DNA from: an uncultured Spirochaetota bacterium
GTDB taxonomy: Bacteria > Spirochaetota > Spirochaetia > SZUA-6 > Fen-1364
Assembly (NCBI GenBank): GCA_963745235.1
Contig: CAVUXE010000033.1
Location: 32,001-96,000 of the forward strand
Direction: 5' to 3'
Length of the DNA: 64,000 nt
The notes below the pieces were generated by a model, which worked only from the letters and a program-made list of their open reading frames with translations, was not told where the DNA came from and did not search any database. Positions 1 through 10,904 of this stretch are shown one piece after another. Position 1 is the first letter of the stretch. Every line of letters begins with the position of its first letter. The position numbers and the translations under genes are program-made.

Positions 1-683
1 CCGCCCTGCGCAATCGGGAACAGGCAGTCCAGGATCCGTTGCCCTGTCACGAACGGCGCCTCCGCGCTGATCTTTGCCCGGATGGGGCGGGGGACCTTTG
101 CCGGCCATCTCTGGGCCATGGTCACTTCGCGCCCATCTTCCAGGCGGGCGACACTGTCCTTCACGGTGAGCTCTCCCTGGCGGACCTCTGCAACCACGCC
201 GCTCATCCCCGGAGGGACCATGATCCTGTGCTCCAGCGCGGCCGTTTCCCGGACCGTGCCGAGTATGCTTCCGGGCTCAACGACATCCCCGGGCTTCACG
301 ACGGGTTGAAAGCGCCAGGGCTTGTCCGACGGCAAGGCATCCACCGTGAGGCCCCGGCCGATGAAGGGGCCGCTCTCCTGCTCCAGCCTCTTGAGAGGGC
401 GCTGGATGCCGTCATAGACATTCCCCAGGAGGCCGGGCCCGAGAGTTATGAGCATCGGCTCCCCCGTGCAGCTGACCGGCTCTCCCACCGAGATCCCCGC
501 GGTATCCTCGTAGGTCTGGACGTACGCGGTGTCCGCGTCCAGGCGGATGATCTCTCCCAGGAGCCCGGCTTTTCCCACCCGGACTACCTCGTGCATCTGC
601 GCGCCGGAGACTGACCTGGCAATGACCATGGGGCCCGCAATCCTGGCAATTGTTCCCTGCATCATTCCTGTCGGTTCACGCAT
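1..683 (-). CDS. atpA: V/A-type ATP synthase subunit A (N-terminal part; runs off the window edge)
   Basis: Manual translation from ATG at 683: [22 protein letters not shown]...HEVVRVG...GEIIRLDAD...QTYEDTAG...[17 protein letters not shown]...[14 protein letters not shown], the classic A/V-ATPase A N-terminus. Confidence 0.95.
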   Translation of the reverse strand, partial: MREPTGMMQGTIARIAGPMVIARSVSGAQMHEVVRVGKAGLLGEIIRLDADTAYVQTYEDTAGISVGEPVSCTGEPMLITLGPGLLGNVYDGIQRPLKRLEQESGPFIGRGLTVDALPSDKPWRFQPVVKPGDVVEPGSILGTVRETAALEHRIMVPPGMSGVVAEVRQGELTVKDSVARLEDGREVTMAQRWPAKVPRPIRAKISAEAPFVTGQRILDCLFPIAQG

Positions 684-693
684 GGTGTCAGCC

Positions 694-1026
694 TCACATC
701 CGGATGTTGAGCTGGTACCCCACGGCGCGCCTGATCAACCCGGCCACGTATTCATCCGTGCGCATTCCCTCTCCTTCGCCCCATGTCAGGTCCCCCGGGA
801 GGAGAACGAGGAGGGGAAGCGTCCTCTGGAGAAGGGATTCCCTCTCCCGTTCCGCCAGGCATTCGAAGAGCTCTTCATCCACGATGAGGATGCCGCAGTC
901 GCGTGCGCTCGCCGCCGCAAGGATTGCCTCTTTCGCCGTGCTCCTGCCGGCCACCTCCACCGGGACCCCGGCGAGCGGGAAGCCGGCGCCCAGACCCTCG
1001 GCCAGCACGGCTCGAACGCTAGACAA
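694..1026 (-). CDS. atpF: V/A-type ATP synthase subunit F
   Basis: GFPLAGV...CGILIVDEE...PLLVLLP...LIRRAVG motifs; probable TTG start overlapping the subunit C stop. Confidence 0.85.
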   Translation of the reverse strand: MSSVRAVLAEGLGAGFPLAGVPVEVAGRSTAKEAILAAASARDCGILIVDEELFECLAERERESLLQRTLPLLVLLPGDLTWGEGEGMRTDEYVAGLIRRAVGYQLNIRM

Positions 1027-2045
1027 GGAGGAGCTCCTGGCGGATGGAGTTTGCCGGGCATTCGAGCGCTCCTGCCGCGGCACAGCGCCCGCAGGTTCAC
1101 GACCTGGTTGTGCTTTCTCCAGAGGTAGCCGATGGGAACGGAAATGCTCAGGGGGTCCTGGCGATACAGGCGGCAGCCCGCGCGGATCACCATCTCTTCC
1201 AGGTATCTCTCCATGACGCCCAGGCTGCGCGACTCCCCGTATGCGAGGATCCCCTTCTCTATGCCCGGGGCGAAATACGATTCGTCAAGGACGCTGAACG
1301 CTTCTTCGAGGGTGGCGGACCCGAGGAGGCGTGAGAAAAACCTGGCGTTCAGCCGTCCCTCCGGGATGAGCTCGAATGGCTCGCGCTGATCCTCGTGCCT
1401 GATCAGGTCCAGCGCAGCCCTGATGTTCGACAGGTCGATCTGTTCCCCCAGGAGAGCACGAACGATCCGGCGGTCCTCCGCGCCCGATCCTTCAACGGAG
1501 AGCGCCCACGTGTAGTATGCCGCATACAGTCTCCTCTGCGGCCCCCGCCTCGCCAGCACCGCGTCATGAAGCTTGAACGCGAAAAGCCAGTTCCAGGTGG
1601 CGAGCTTCCGAGCAAGGGAGATGGGATCCGTGGACTGGGAAAGCTCCGCAAGCTGCGCTTCCGTGAAGGCGCCTGCCGGAAGGAGGGCGGCAGAAAGTTC
1701 GCGCGGAGTTGCCCTTGCCTCAATTCCCCTCAGCACTGCCAGCACGTTCTGAAGGTCCCAGCGCGCAAGCTGCGTGTCCAGCAGCTGCCGCGCGCCCTCG
1801 GGCGCCATTGAGCGGACTCGCGAAAACGAACGGACCAGGTCCCTGCGAAGCGCCAGATCAATGGCCGCCATTCCGGCCTCCTCCGCGAGCGCCTCCCGGA
1901 GGGCCGGCCCGAAAGGGGAGGCAAGCAGCGCATCCATGGGCAGCTCTTCGGAGGCGAAGCTCAGCATCTGCTCGAAGAGCTCATTGGGGAGGAGATCCGC
2001 TCCCATGGCCCTGACCCGTGCGTTCAGGTAGTCGCACTCACCCAT
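1020..2045 (-). CDS. atpC: V/A-type ATP synthase subunit C (1-nt frameshift near 1055)
   Basis: MGECDYLNARVRAM...WDLQNV...IDLSNIR...YLWRKHNQVVNLR; removing one base gives the ending [13 protein letters not shown]. Confidence 0.85.
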
Positions 2046-2631
2046 TGAGGCAGCGCGCAACGCGCGTTTCCAGCTGCGTTTCCGCTTTTGCCACGCGGAC
2101 GGCGAGGCTGTTGTCCACCCTGATCCTCCCGTCCGCGGATGATGCGACCACCGTGCCGGGGCCAAGGTCCATGCCTGTCACCTGGCAGCTCTTCCCCAAC
2201 GCGCGGAGGATGTCCCTGCACATCTCCTGGTCTTCGCGCGCCACCGAGATCACGGCAGCCCGCGGCACGGCTTCCAGGGCCTCCCTGACGAGCGCCTTCA
2301 TTGCCTCCGAGTAGCGGGGGGAGCGGACGAGCGAGTCGATCCTCTGGCGCGCAATCTCGAATACGCGCTCGTACGCGCGGCGCATGCCGCGAAGGCGATC
2401 CGCCTGGACGTCCATGCGCGCCCGGCCCAGCAGCCGGTCCTCATCCACGTGGGCGCGCTTTTCCATGAGGCGTGAGGCTTCTTCCGTGGCCCTTTGGATC
2501 ATCACGTCAGCGGCTGCAAGGACCTGGTTTGCCTTGTCCTGCGCCTCCGCGATGATCTTCAGCTTTTCGGCCTCTGCCTCCCGGTCGATCTCTTCGACCA
2601 GGGCCTCGGCATCCTGCAGGTCTATCCCCGG
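2038..2631 (-). CDS. atpE: V/A-type ATP synthase subunit E (start uncertain)
   Basis: The frame is open upstream of the called ORF (LVEEIDREAEAEKLKIIAEAQDKA); C-terminal GTVVASSADGRIRVDNSL motif; position in operon. Confidence 0.8.
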   Translation of the reverse strand, partial: PGIDLQDAEALVEEIDREAEAEKLKIIAEAQDKANQVLAAADVMIQRATEEASRLMEKRAHVDEDRLLGRARMDVQADRLRGMRRAYERVFEIARQRIDSLVRSPRYSEAMKALVREALEAVPRAAVISVAREDQEMCRDILRALGKSCQVTGMDLGPGTVVASSADGRIRVDNSLAVRVAKAETQLETRVARCLNG

Positions 2632-2970
2632 TCACAGCGCGAAGATGAGGACGACGGCGACCACGAACCCCAGGATGACCATCGTTTCAGGGATGGCGAT
2701 GAGAAGGATGATGGTCCCGGCGGTATCCGGCTTCTCCGCGATCGTCCCGCACCCGGCGGCGCCTATCCTGCTCTGGGCTATCGCGGTTCCGAAAGCCGGC
2801 AAGCCGATGGCGAGCGCCGCGGCAATCGCTATCAAGGCCCCGGGGATGGTCCTGTCCTTGGGTACCAGGTTTGCCTGGTCCGCGGCGTCAGCCGCCCACG
2901 CGGCCCCGGCCCCGATGAAGAGCAGCACCAGCGCTGCCAGGCCGCAGATCACGATCCGTTGCTTTTTCAT
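2632..2970 (-). CDS. atpK: V/A-type ATP synthase proteolipid subunit K/c
   Basis: Signal-like N-terminus plus one helical hairpin, AIAQSRIGAA...IAIPETMVILGFVVA with the conserved Glu. Confidence 0.92.
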   Translation of the reverse strand: MKKQRIVICGLAALVLLFIGAGAAWAADAADQANLVPKDRTIPGALIAIAAALAIGLPAFGTAIAQSRIGAAGCGTIAEKPDTAGTIILLIAIPETMVILGFVVAVVLIFAL

Positions 2971-4926
2971 GCGAGCTCACCTCCGATCTTTCGAAGCGGA
3001 GAGAATCTTTTCCCGCCGCTTGCGTAGAACTTCGAAAAAAACTCGACATACTGGAGGCGCAGGCCCTGGATTGCGGGATCAATGATCCCCAGGGCCAGGT
3101 TGAGGGCGTGGATCAGGAAGACGACCACGATGGCGAATGCGATATTGGCGATCATTCCGGAGAACAGGTTGGCAAGCAGTCCCAGGACCACGGAAGCCAG
3201 GCCAATTGCCATTATCCGCGCGTAGGAAAGGATGTTCCCTATTGTGCTGAGGACCTCCAGGGGCAGGAGGAGACCATGGGAAGGCTTTCGCACCACCTGG
3301 TAACCGAGGACCGCGGCAAAGAGGATTGCCATGACAATTGCCGCCTTGGTGAACGGGGGCGGAAGGAACCCCATCATGCGTCCAACGACCAGGAGGAGCA
3401 GGAGGATGCCCAGGATCCGCGCAATGCTCCCCCACGCGTCGGCTGCATGGCCCCTTCTCCTGGCGTTGACCACTCCGAGGATAAGGCCAAGGATGATCTG
3501 AAAGATCCCAAGGGCGAGGGCCACGTACAAGTAGCCGAGGATCTCGCCTGTCATGTCCGCGCCACCAAGCGCCAGCCGTTCCTGCCACAAAGGCCGCAGC
3601 CCGAGTTGACGCCCCAGGGCGCCGAACATCTCTCCGAACACGAAGCCGAAGGCGACCGTGGAGAGAGCGCAGAGGAAAAAGATGACCGAGATCTTCCGCG
3701 GCAGCGTCCCTTTCTTTGCCAGCAGAAACAGGGCGGCTGAGCCGGCAAGGAGGATGGCGCCGTACCCGATATCCCCAAGCATGAGCCCGAACACGAGGGG
3801 GAAGAAGATGGACAGGGAAATGGTCGGATCGATTGTCCCATACCGGGGGAGCGAGAAGAAGGCCAGGAGGGGCTCGAAGAACCGTGATGGCGGGGGGTTT
3901 TCCAGAAGGACGGGCGGAGCTCCCATGTCCTTGCTGCGGAGGGTCCTCTCCACAACCGAGAAACCGAGGGCGGCGTGAAGAAGAGATCCAAGGCGCGTGA
4001 CCCTGTCCCGCGCCACCCAACCCCTGATGACGAACGTGTAGTCGGTGCGGGCGAACTTCGGGAGACTCTCGTAGCGGGCCAGGAGATTGTCGCACGCGAA
4101 CTTCATGGCCAGGAGGCACGGACCGTTCTGCTGGTAGAACTCATCCGCCTGTGACTGCAGGGCAAGAAGCTGTTCCTTCAACGTGGAAGACTCCCGAGCG
4201 ATGCCCGTGAACACTTCCGCAAAGGGCTTGTCTCGGGCGGAGCCGGGGAGCAGCATCTCCGCGACTCCCGCCCGCGCGAGAAAGGTTCGCACGGCGGCGC
4301 TGCGCGCGCGGGGGATTCCTATCAGGGCCGCTGTCCTCCCGCGGCTGATCCCTGCGGAGTGGTAGCTGAAGTTCCCTCCTGTCAGGGAGGCAAGCTCCTG
4401 GGAGAGCAGGGTCCTGGCAAGCTTGTTCCTGTCCTCGAAAATCACGCCGAGGTGCTCCCGGTCATCCGCAAGCTCTCCGACACGGACAAGCGGTGACAGG
4501 GCCCTGACAACTTCCTCGTACGCGGAAAGCAGCTGGAGGTCTTCTCTCATGTTGCTTTCCCGCCGCGCAAATGAACGAACCTTCGCGTGAAGAGACCGGG
4601 CGGTTGCGCTCATGGCGGTGACGGGCTGGCCGTCCCATTTCCTGTACTGGTCCACCAGGGCGTGCGAGGATCTGATGCTGCCGAGGACGGCCGGGCGGCA
4701 CGCGTGACAGCGACTCCTGGAGCACGCGTGAAAGAGACTCACAGTCATCCCTTTCCTCCCGGGCCGCGTCGGAAAGGTGGATGCGGTGCAGCGGCCTCTC
4801 CCCGTCACGCGCGGCAAGAGGGATTTCTTCCACGTGGAGCACGCCCGCCTCCTGGATGACCTGCACCGCGCGGTCGAACAGGGGCAGCGGACCCATGATC
4901 TCCACAATCGCCATGCGGGCAATCAT
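2967..4926 (-). CDS. atpI: V/A-type ATP synthase subunit I (frameshift near 4700)
   Basis: N-terminus MIARMAIVEIMG in ORF 4462-4926; PRYGTIDPT, GDIGYG, LSYARIMA and LRLQYVEFFSKFY in ORF 2967-4922. Confidence 0.92.
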
Positions 4927-5276
4927 CCGGGATCTCCCGGCCAGACCTCTCTGACCACCAGCGAGGCGGCCTCCTGGCAGTTTCCCTCCGCCCTTTTCAG
5001 GACCTCTTCCGCCTGGGATGCAAGCTCGAAGCGAAGTTTTTCCGCCCGACGATGGCTTTCAGCAAGGATCCCGGCCCGCCGCTGCTCCATGAGCGCTGGC
5101 AGCGCTTCCCGTGCCCTGCGCGTTCGCTCCGCGGCTGACTGCTCGGCGTCCATGATTATCTGGCGGGCTTCACGGGAGGCTTTCTCCAGATAGCTCTGGA
5201 GCCTGTCTTCCTCCCGGGAGATAGAAGGAACAAGGGATTCTTTTTCTTCGCGGTCGATCACCGGTTTTTTTGGCAT
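4923..5276 (-). CDS. V/A-type ATP synthase subunit G/H (peripheral stalk)
   Basis: Charged coiled-coil protein, first gene of the operon, overlapping the atpI start. Confidence 0.7.
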   Translation of the reverse strand: MPKKPVIDREEKESLVPSISREEDRLQSYLEKASREARQIIMDAEQSAAERTRRAREALPALMEQRRAGILAESHRRAEKLRFELASQAEEVLKRAEGNCQEAASLVVREVWPGDPG

Positions 5277-5361
5277 TGGCGCACCCTCAAGCCAAACCAG
5301 CAGCACGACCCCAGCTGTAACACGTTTTACTCGATGTCAGGTCGCAACAGCGCGCATCAGA

Positions 5362-5390
5362 ATGGTAGCACACGGTTGACCGCACCGCAA
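5362..5390 (-). promoter_or_regulatory. Putative sigma70 promoter of the ATPase operon
   Basis: TTGCGG-N17-TACCAT with TG extension on the minus strand. Confidence 0.4.
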
Positions 5391-5425
5391 GGAAAAAAGC
5401 GACTGGCTCTCACCTTTTCAAAGCA

Positions 5426-5593
5426 TCAATGAAAGTCCCTGATTTTTTCGTAACTGGTGATGTAGCGAAGCTCCTGCGCTATTGCCCCGAACCTTCGCTG
5501 GTCTCCCGCCGCCTGAAGCTCGAGGACCCGCGAGACCTGGTCCCGTGTCATGGCGCCGATCCGGATAAGGTATTCACCGATTTTCTCTGCCAC
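5426..5593 (-). CDS. Small stand-alone MshEN-like protein
   Basis: GTG start, VAEKIGEYLIRIGAMTRDQVSRVLELQ...RRFGAIAQELRYIT resembles the tandem RLGxxLxxxGxxxxxxLxxxLxxQ MshEN motif. Confidence 0.6.
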   Translation of the reverse strand: MAEKIGEYLIRIGAMTRDQVSRVLELQAAGDQRRFGAIAQELRYITSYEKIRDFH

Positions 5594-5689
5594 TTGGAGC
5601 CTCCCATGAGGGACCCCCACATGGATGCTCAGCAAGGAGCCTGACTGGTCGACACCCGTGATTGTACCACACCGGGGCGGCAAGTCAAT

Positions 5690-6697
5690 TCAGGGTTGTT
5701 GCTTTTTGAAGGCGTCCTTGAGCTTCTCTCGAAGGCCCTCCGCCGCCTTGCCGACGGTGTCCCCGGCCTCCCGGGCAGCCTTCACCAGTGGATCCTCGCT
5801 CGCCTGGACCTTCGACTTGTAGTACTGGAAACCGTCCTTGACGTCCTCCTTTGTGTTGTCCTGCGTCATATCACGCCGTGGATAGTTGCCATCCAAGATG
5901 GCCTGGTACTGCCCGGAGGAGGCCCACGTCCTGAGCTCCTGGAGCCTGACCACGGGGAAGGGGTGGGTCTGGCCCATGGTGTTCAGCATCTTGAAGAAGC
6001 TGTCCATGACGCTTTTCTGATCTTCGTATTCCCGGGCCTGGAGGAAGAAATCATTGACATTCATCTGGGACAGATCATCTCCTCCGGCCATCTTCATGAG
6101 GAGGCTGTAGTTTTCCGTCTCGCTTTGCAGCGCAAGGAGGGCCGCGCGGTCCGCGCTGAGCTCGCTCTTCCTGTCCCATTCCTTGAGGGCAGCGAGGATG
6201 GCCTGAACGAGGATCCGGGGGATGGGCAGGGCGCTGAAGGAAACGGTGAGCAGCACCCAGAGCACGGTCTTGTAGATGCTGTGGCCGCACATGATGTGCC
6301 CCGCTTCGTGCGCCAGGACGCAGTACAGCTCATCATCGCTCAGCGCCTTGAGGACCGAGCTGTTGAGAACGATAAATGGCGCGCGCACCCCGATTGCGCC
6401 GGCATTGAAGAAGGGGTTGTTCGCGATGAAGACATCAGGAGTCGTCGGCCAGTCCATGACATCGATCACCCTGTCCAGCAGGACCTTCACCCGGTGGAAC
6501 TGCGCCTGGGTCACCTTGACGCAGCAGGAAATGTGGAGCAGGCGGATGGACCGCTCCATCGTTCCTCCGAACAGCATCTTCAACAGCTCATCCAGGCCCT
6601 TGACCTGCTTGAGCGCGCTGAGGGCCGCCTTGTCCGCGGGATGCTCCCATGCCGAGGGGCTGATGCCGGAGAGCTTTCGCGCACGTTGTGCGAGCAT
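5690..6697 (-). CDS. M48 family Zn metallopeptidase
   Basis: HEAGH zinc motif, ELSADRA, THPFPVVR; WEHPAD N-terminus. Confidence 0.9.
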   Translation of the reverse strand: MLAQRARKLSGISPSAWEHPADKAALSALKQVKGLDELLKMLFGGTMERSIRLLHISCCVKVTQAQFHRVKVLLDRVIDVMDWPTTPDVFIANNPFFNAGAIGVRAPFIVLNSSVLKALSDDELYCVLAHEAGHIMCGHSIYKTVLWVLLTVSFSALPIPRILVQAILAALKEWDRKSELSADRAALLALQSETENYSLLMKMAGGDDLSQMNVNDFFLQAREYEDQKSVMDSFFKMLNTMGQTHPFPVVRLQELRTWASSGQYQAILDGNYPRRDMTQDNTKEDVKDGFQYYKSKVQASEDPLVKAAREAGDTVGKAAEGLREKLKDAFKKQQP

Positions 6698-6746
6698 GTG
6701 GCGCCTCCTGGCCCCAGTCTAGCGCGGCCCCGGGCGCTGTCAAGCT

Positions 6747-7580
6747 CTATCCCTTGAGACCGCTCAGCGTCATGGACTGGATAAAGAATCGCTGTGAGAA
6801 GGCGAAGACGAGCATGATGGGCAGTGAGCTGAGGACCGCCGCGGCCATGACCAGGGGATAGTCAGTGCTGTAGTAGCCCTGCATGTACGCCACGGCAAGG
6901 GTGAGGGTGCGCAGGCGCTCGGAATTGATGACGACAAGGGGCCAGAAGTAGCTGTTCCACGAGCCCACGAAAGTGAAAATCAGGAGGGCGGCCATGACAG
7001 GCATTGCAAGGGGCATGACGATGCGGGCGAACAGGATGAGCTCGTGCGCGCCATCTATCCGTCCCGCATCGAGCAGGTCCCCGGGAATTTCGTTGATGGT
7101 CTGGCGAAGGAGGAACACGCCAAAGGCACCGAGAAGGCCGGGGATGATGACCGCGCCGTACGTATTCAGAAGCCCCAGCGCGCGCATCATGATGTAGAGA
7201 GGGATCATGATCAGCTCGAAGGGCAGCAGCATGGTTCCCAGGATGAAGACAAACACGGCGTTCTTGCCGGCGAAGGAGTACTTCGATGAGAGGGCGAAGC
7301 CGGTGAGCGTGGCGAAGAAGACGCTGGACAGGGAAACCACGACGGATATGACGATGCTGTTCATGTAGTAGCGCGCAAAGGGCTGCTCCAGGACGAGCCT
7401 TCCGTAGGCCTCCGCGTTTGCCTGGTGCGGCAGCCAATGGATGGGCACGGCGAAGAACTCCGTGTGCCTCATGAACGAAGAGGATACCATCCAGAGCAGG
7501 GGGACCAGCACCGCGATCCCCAGCGCCAGGATGAGCGCATAGCGGAGCACGCGGAGCAGCACGCCCGTGAGCCTTTCCAT
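6747..7580 (-). CDS. Carbohydrate ABC transporter permease (MalG-like)
   Basis: EAA-like loop LLDAGRIDGA, SWNSYFWP, several TM helices. Confidence 0.92.
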   Translation of the reverse strand: MERLTGVLLRVLRYALILALGIAVLVPLLWMVSSSFMRHTEFFAVPIHWLPHQANAEAYGRLVLEQPFARYYMNSIVISVVVSLSSVFFATLTGFALSSKYSFAGKNAVFVFILGTMLLPFELIMIPLYIMMRALGLLNTYGAVIIPGLLGAFGVFLLRQTINEIPGDLLDAGRIDGAHELILFARIVMPLAMPVMAALLIFTFVGSWNSYFWPLVVINSERLRTLTLAVAYMQGYYSTDYPLVMAAAVLSSLPIMLVFAFSQRFFIQSMTLSGLKG

Positions 7581-8472
7581 CCCGTTCAGTCTCTCCCGGC
7601 CGGAACAGCCGGAACTGCAGCACCGTCACGAGCACGATCGCCGCGCACATGATGAGGGAAGCAGCCGCGGCCCTGCCCATGCGAAGGAACTTGAAAGCGG
7701 TTTCATAGATGAACAGGGTCAGGACGTATGTTGCCCGCGCCGGACCCCCGGCCGTCATCACCTGGAAGGGATCGAACTCCTTGATCGCCCCAATGAAGTT
7801 TACCGTGGCGATGAACAGGCTCGTGGAGCGCATCAGCGGGAACGTGACCGAACGGAAACGCTGGATTGCGTTTGCCCCGTCCATGTCAGCGGCTTCATAA
7901 TACGTCTCCGGGATGGCGTTCAGGCCCGTCAGGAAAAGGACCACGTAGAAGCCGAACGACTTCCAGAAGGCGGTGGCGATGATGCCCCAAAGCGCCGTGC
8001 CAGGATACGTGAGCACGTTTACCGGATAGGAGAGTCCCACGAGGCCCAGCAGGAACCCGATGGGGCCCGGGGAGAGATAGAAGATCTTCCAGATGGCCGA
8101 CACGACCACCCAGGGAAGAATGACGGGCAGGAAGAACACGGCACGTCCGATGCCAAGCACGGGGCGGGAGCGGAAGAGAAGCAGGGCCACCAGGAAGGGC
8201 AGGACGTAGTTCGCCACCCCGATGACGACGACATAGATTGCCGTCACCTTCACCGAGCCCAGGAAGATGCCCTGTTGGAACAGCGTTGCGTAATTGTGCA
8301 GGCCGCTCCACACGGGCGGCGTGAAGAGATTGTAGTCGGTGAAAGAGATGCCGATTGTGCGGACGGTGGGATAGATGAAAATCCCGATGAAATAGGCCAG
8401 GCCGGGGATCACGAAGATCAATCCCCACACGTCCCAGGGGCGTTTGAACAGCCTGGCCCGTCCTGAGGTCAC
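7581..8472 (-). CDS. Carbohydrate ABC transporter permease (MalF-like); stop lost, probably by a frameshift near 7590
   Basis: SFTDYNL, GLHNY, YYEAADMDGA, TAGGP; the ORF runs on out of frame across the next gene. Confidence 0.88.
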
Positions 8473-8478
8473 CGGCTC

Positions 8479-9810
8479 TTACCTTGAAAGAGCCTCGTTG
8501 ATCTGCTGAGCCGCCTTGTCGAGGATGCCCTGCACGTCATCATCCGTGGTCAGCGTTGCCTGCCACGCCGCGAAGATGGCGGAGCCGATCTCGTTGTACC
8601 GGGGATGCGCAAAGAGAAGGTCGGCGTCCTTCGCCAGGGTCAGGAACCGCGAGACATCCGCGTTGGATCCGGCCATGTCCATCATGGCCTTTGTCGGCAG
8701 CAGGTATCCCACTTCGTTGTACCAGCCAACCGCCTGCGCGCCCGTGGTCATCCAGTTGACGAACCGCCACGCCTCGGTGGGGCTCTTTGTCTGCTTGTTG
8801 ACGCACCACACGAGCGCCTGGATGGGAGCATGGACCCGGTCAGCGCCGGGCGCCTTGGGATAGGGAACGACCACGAAATTGTCGGGAGAGAACCGGGCGT
8901 CTCCCTTTGCGCTGTCCTTGAGCAAGGGCATGGTCCACGTGGATCCCACGTACATCGCCACGTCGCCCACGGAGAAGCGCGCCCAGACGTCCTCGGGGAC
9001 CTTGACCGGGGCGTTGTTCTGGGCCCTCGCGAGCGCGCGGAAGTAGCTGAACGTCTTCACCCCGCCGGCCTGGTTGATGGCAGCAGTCTTTCCCGAGCTG
9101 TCCAGGATGGCGCCCCCGTTCTGGATGAGGAGCGGCTGGATGGGAATCAAGGTCCAGTCCGCGTTCCAGAGGGGCTCATACATGCCGGTCTGGACGAGCT
9201 TGTCCCCGTCGAAAATGGTGAGCTTTTTCGCCAGGGACTGCAGATCATCCCACGTGCGCGGATAGTCCCTGGTCGCATCCAGCCCTGCCCGCTTGAAGGC
9301 CAGCTTGTTCAGCATGAGCCCGAAGATGTTGAACTCGCGGTACAGGCCGTAGAGCTTTCCGTTGTAGTACAGCTTGTCGATGATGCCCGGCACGTATTGC
9401 GCCTTGAACGCCTCCGCGGATGAGAAGCCCATGCTGGAAAGGATCTGGGGGGTGATCTCCTGGAGCTGGCCCAGCCCCGCGAAGGTGTACATGTCGCTGA
9501 AGCTTGCCGTATTGAAGATATCGGGACCGCCCCCGGATGCAAGGGCGGCAAGGAGCTTGTTCTCGTAGGTGTCGTTGTCCGCCGCGGGCTCATAGGAGAG
9601 CGTGAAGTTGGGATGGTCTTTCTGGAATTGCAGAACGAGCTTCTGCAGATACGCGTTTGCAGGCGCGTGCGTATGAGTCCAGATGGTGAGCGATACGGGA
9701 GCGGTGGAAGCCATGGCGCCCGTCGGCTCTTTGGAGCCTCCCGCCCACAGAGACCCGGCAAGAAGCAGGGCCGAAGCGCCTGCCAGAACGAAAGTGCGAA
9801 CAGGATTCAT
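8479..9810 (-). CDS. Sugar ABC transporter substrate-binding protein
   Basis: Signal peptide followed by AGGSKE; GGGPDIF, YNGKLYG, PRTWDDL; RBS GGAGG. Confidence 0.92.
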   Translation of the reverse strand: MNPVRTFVLAGASALLLAGSLWAGGSKEPTGAMASTAPVSLTIWTHTHAPANAYLQKLVLQFQKDHPNFTLSYEPAADNDTYENKLLAALASGGGPDIFNTASFSDMYTFAGLGQLQEITPQILSSMGFSSAEAFKAQYVPGIIDKLYYNGKLYGLYREFNIFGLMLNKLAFKRAGLDATRDYPRTWDDLQSLAKKLTIFDGDKLVQTGMYEPLWNADWTLIPIQPLLIQNGGAILDSSGKTAAINQAGGVKTFSYFRALARAQNNAPVKVPEDVWARFSVGDVAMYVGSTWTMPLLKDSAKGDARFSPDNFVVVPYPKAPGADRVHAPIQALVWCVNKQTKSPTEAWRFVNWMTTGAQAVGWYNEVGYLLPTKAMMDMAGSNADVSRFLTLAKDADLLFAHPRYNEIGSAIFAAWQATLTTDDDVQGILDKAAQQINEALSR

Positions 9811-9821
9811 GACCGTACCTC

Positions 9822-9899
9822 CGTTAACGTACACAATGTCACGCCTGGCAGCTGCATCGTCAAACACAGTTTTTCTTCGTATTTTCGTTAACGATTACG
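9822..9899. promoter_or_regulatory. Two LacI-type operator candidates in the divergent intergenic region
   Basis: CGTTAACGATTACG (9886-9899) and CGTTAACGTACACA (9822-9835), CG-centred near-palindromes sharing CGTTAACG. Confidence 0.6.
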
Positions 9900-9907
9900 G
9901 AGACCAG

Positions 9908-10904
9908 GTGGCGCTGACGATAAAGGACATCGGGCGGCTCTGCGGGGTGTCGATCGGAACCGTGGATCGGGCGCTCAATGGCCGCCCTGGCGTGAATGCC
10001 GAGACCAAGGCCAGGGTGCTGGCCGTGGCCCGCCAGGTCGGCTACCGCCCCCATCTCCCGGCGAGGAGCCTCGTTACCGGCAAGACCATGACCGTCGGCG
10101 TGGTGGTCTTCAACCTCCGCAACTATTTCTTCAGCCAGCTTATCACCTCGATCGACAGGTTCCTTCGCGGCCATGACTACTCCGTGTACCCGGCCTTCAC
10201 GGAACGTGACCTCGACAACGAACGCGAGTGCCTGACGCGCCTGTGCTCGATGAATGTCGACGGGATCGTGCTTTTCCCCGTGGGCAGGGGGGCGGAGTAC
10301 GAAAGGTTCCTGCGGTCGCTGGGAGCGCCCATAGTCAGCGTCGGAAACCGCATCTCGAAAGCGTGGCCGTTCGCCGGGATTGACGACCAGAGCGCGGAGA
10401 TGGACGCGGTGAAGTTCATTGCGGATAAGGGATACGAAGAGGCGGTCTTCGTGGGGCCGCCGCTGTCCGACGGGGCCCGGCAGAACGTGTACGAGGTGGA
10501 ACAGCGCTACCTCGGTTTCTCGCAGGGCGCGCGGGAGCACCTGCGGGCGGGGAGGCCGCGGCTGGTGCAGTCAGCGGGCTACCTGGAAGAGGCGGCAGAG
10601 CTTGCCCGGCAGGCCACGAGAAGGACCGCGTTTCTCTGCAGCAGCGACATCTATGCCCTTCGCGTGCTCAAGGCGTTCCGCGAGCGGGGCATCGGGGTCC
10701 CCGAAGATGCCCGGGCTCATGGGCTTTGACAACATCGACGTGCTGGAGTTCATCCGGCCGCGCCTTGCAACCGTGGATTACCACATCGCCGGCATCGGGG
10801 AGGCCGCGGCAACCACGCTCCTTGCGCTGATGCGGGCAGAGGAGGAGGCGCAACGCAGGGTGTCCCTCATCACGCACGCCATCGTGCCGGGGGAATCAGT
10901 GTGA
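9908..10904 (+). CDS. LacI family transcriptional regulator (frameshift near 10710)
   Basis: TIKDIGRLCGVSIGTVDRALN HTH; the C-terminus GFDNID...LATVD lies in the adjacent frame. Confidence 0.92.

Noticed and set aside
5317-5330. Imperfect palindrome GTAACACGTTTTAC upstream of the ATPase operon
   Set aside because: Single copy, and its spacing does not match the LacI sites at 9822/9886; too weak to call
6862-8472. 536-aa apparent extended permease
   Set aside because: The extension is an out-of-frame read across the next permease, best explained by a lost stop or indel rather than a real fusion
10700-10720. Programmed frameshifting in lacI and the other split genes
   Set aside because: No canonical slippery heptamers, and the affected families are not known to be recoded; sequencing error is simpler
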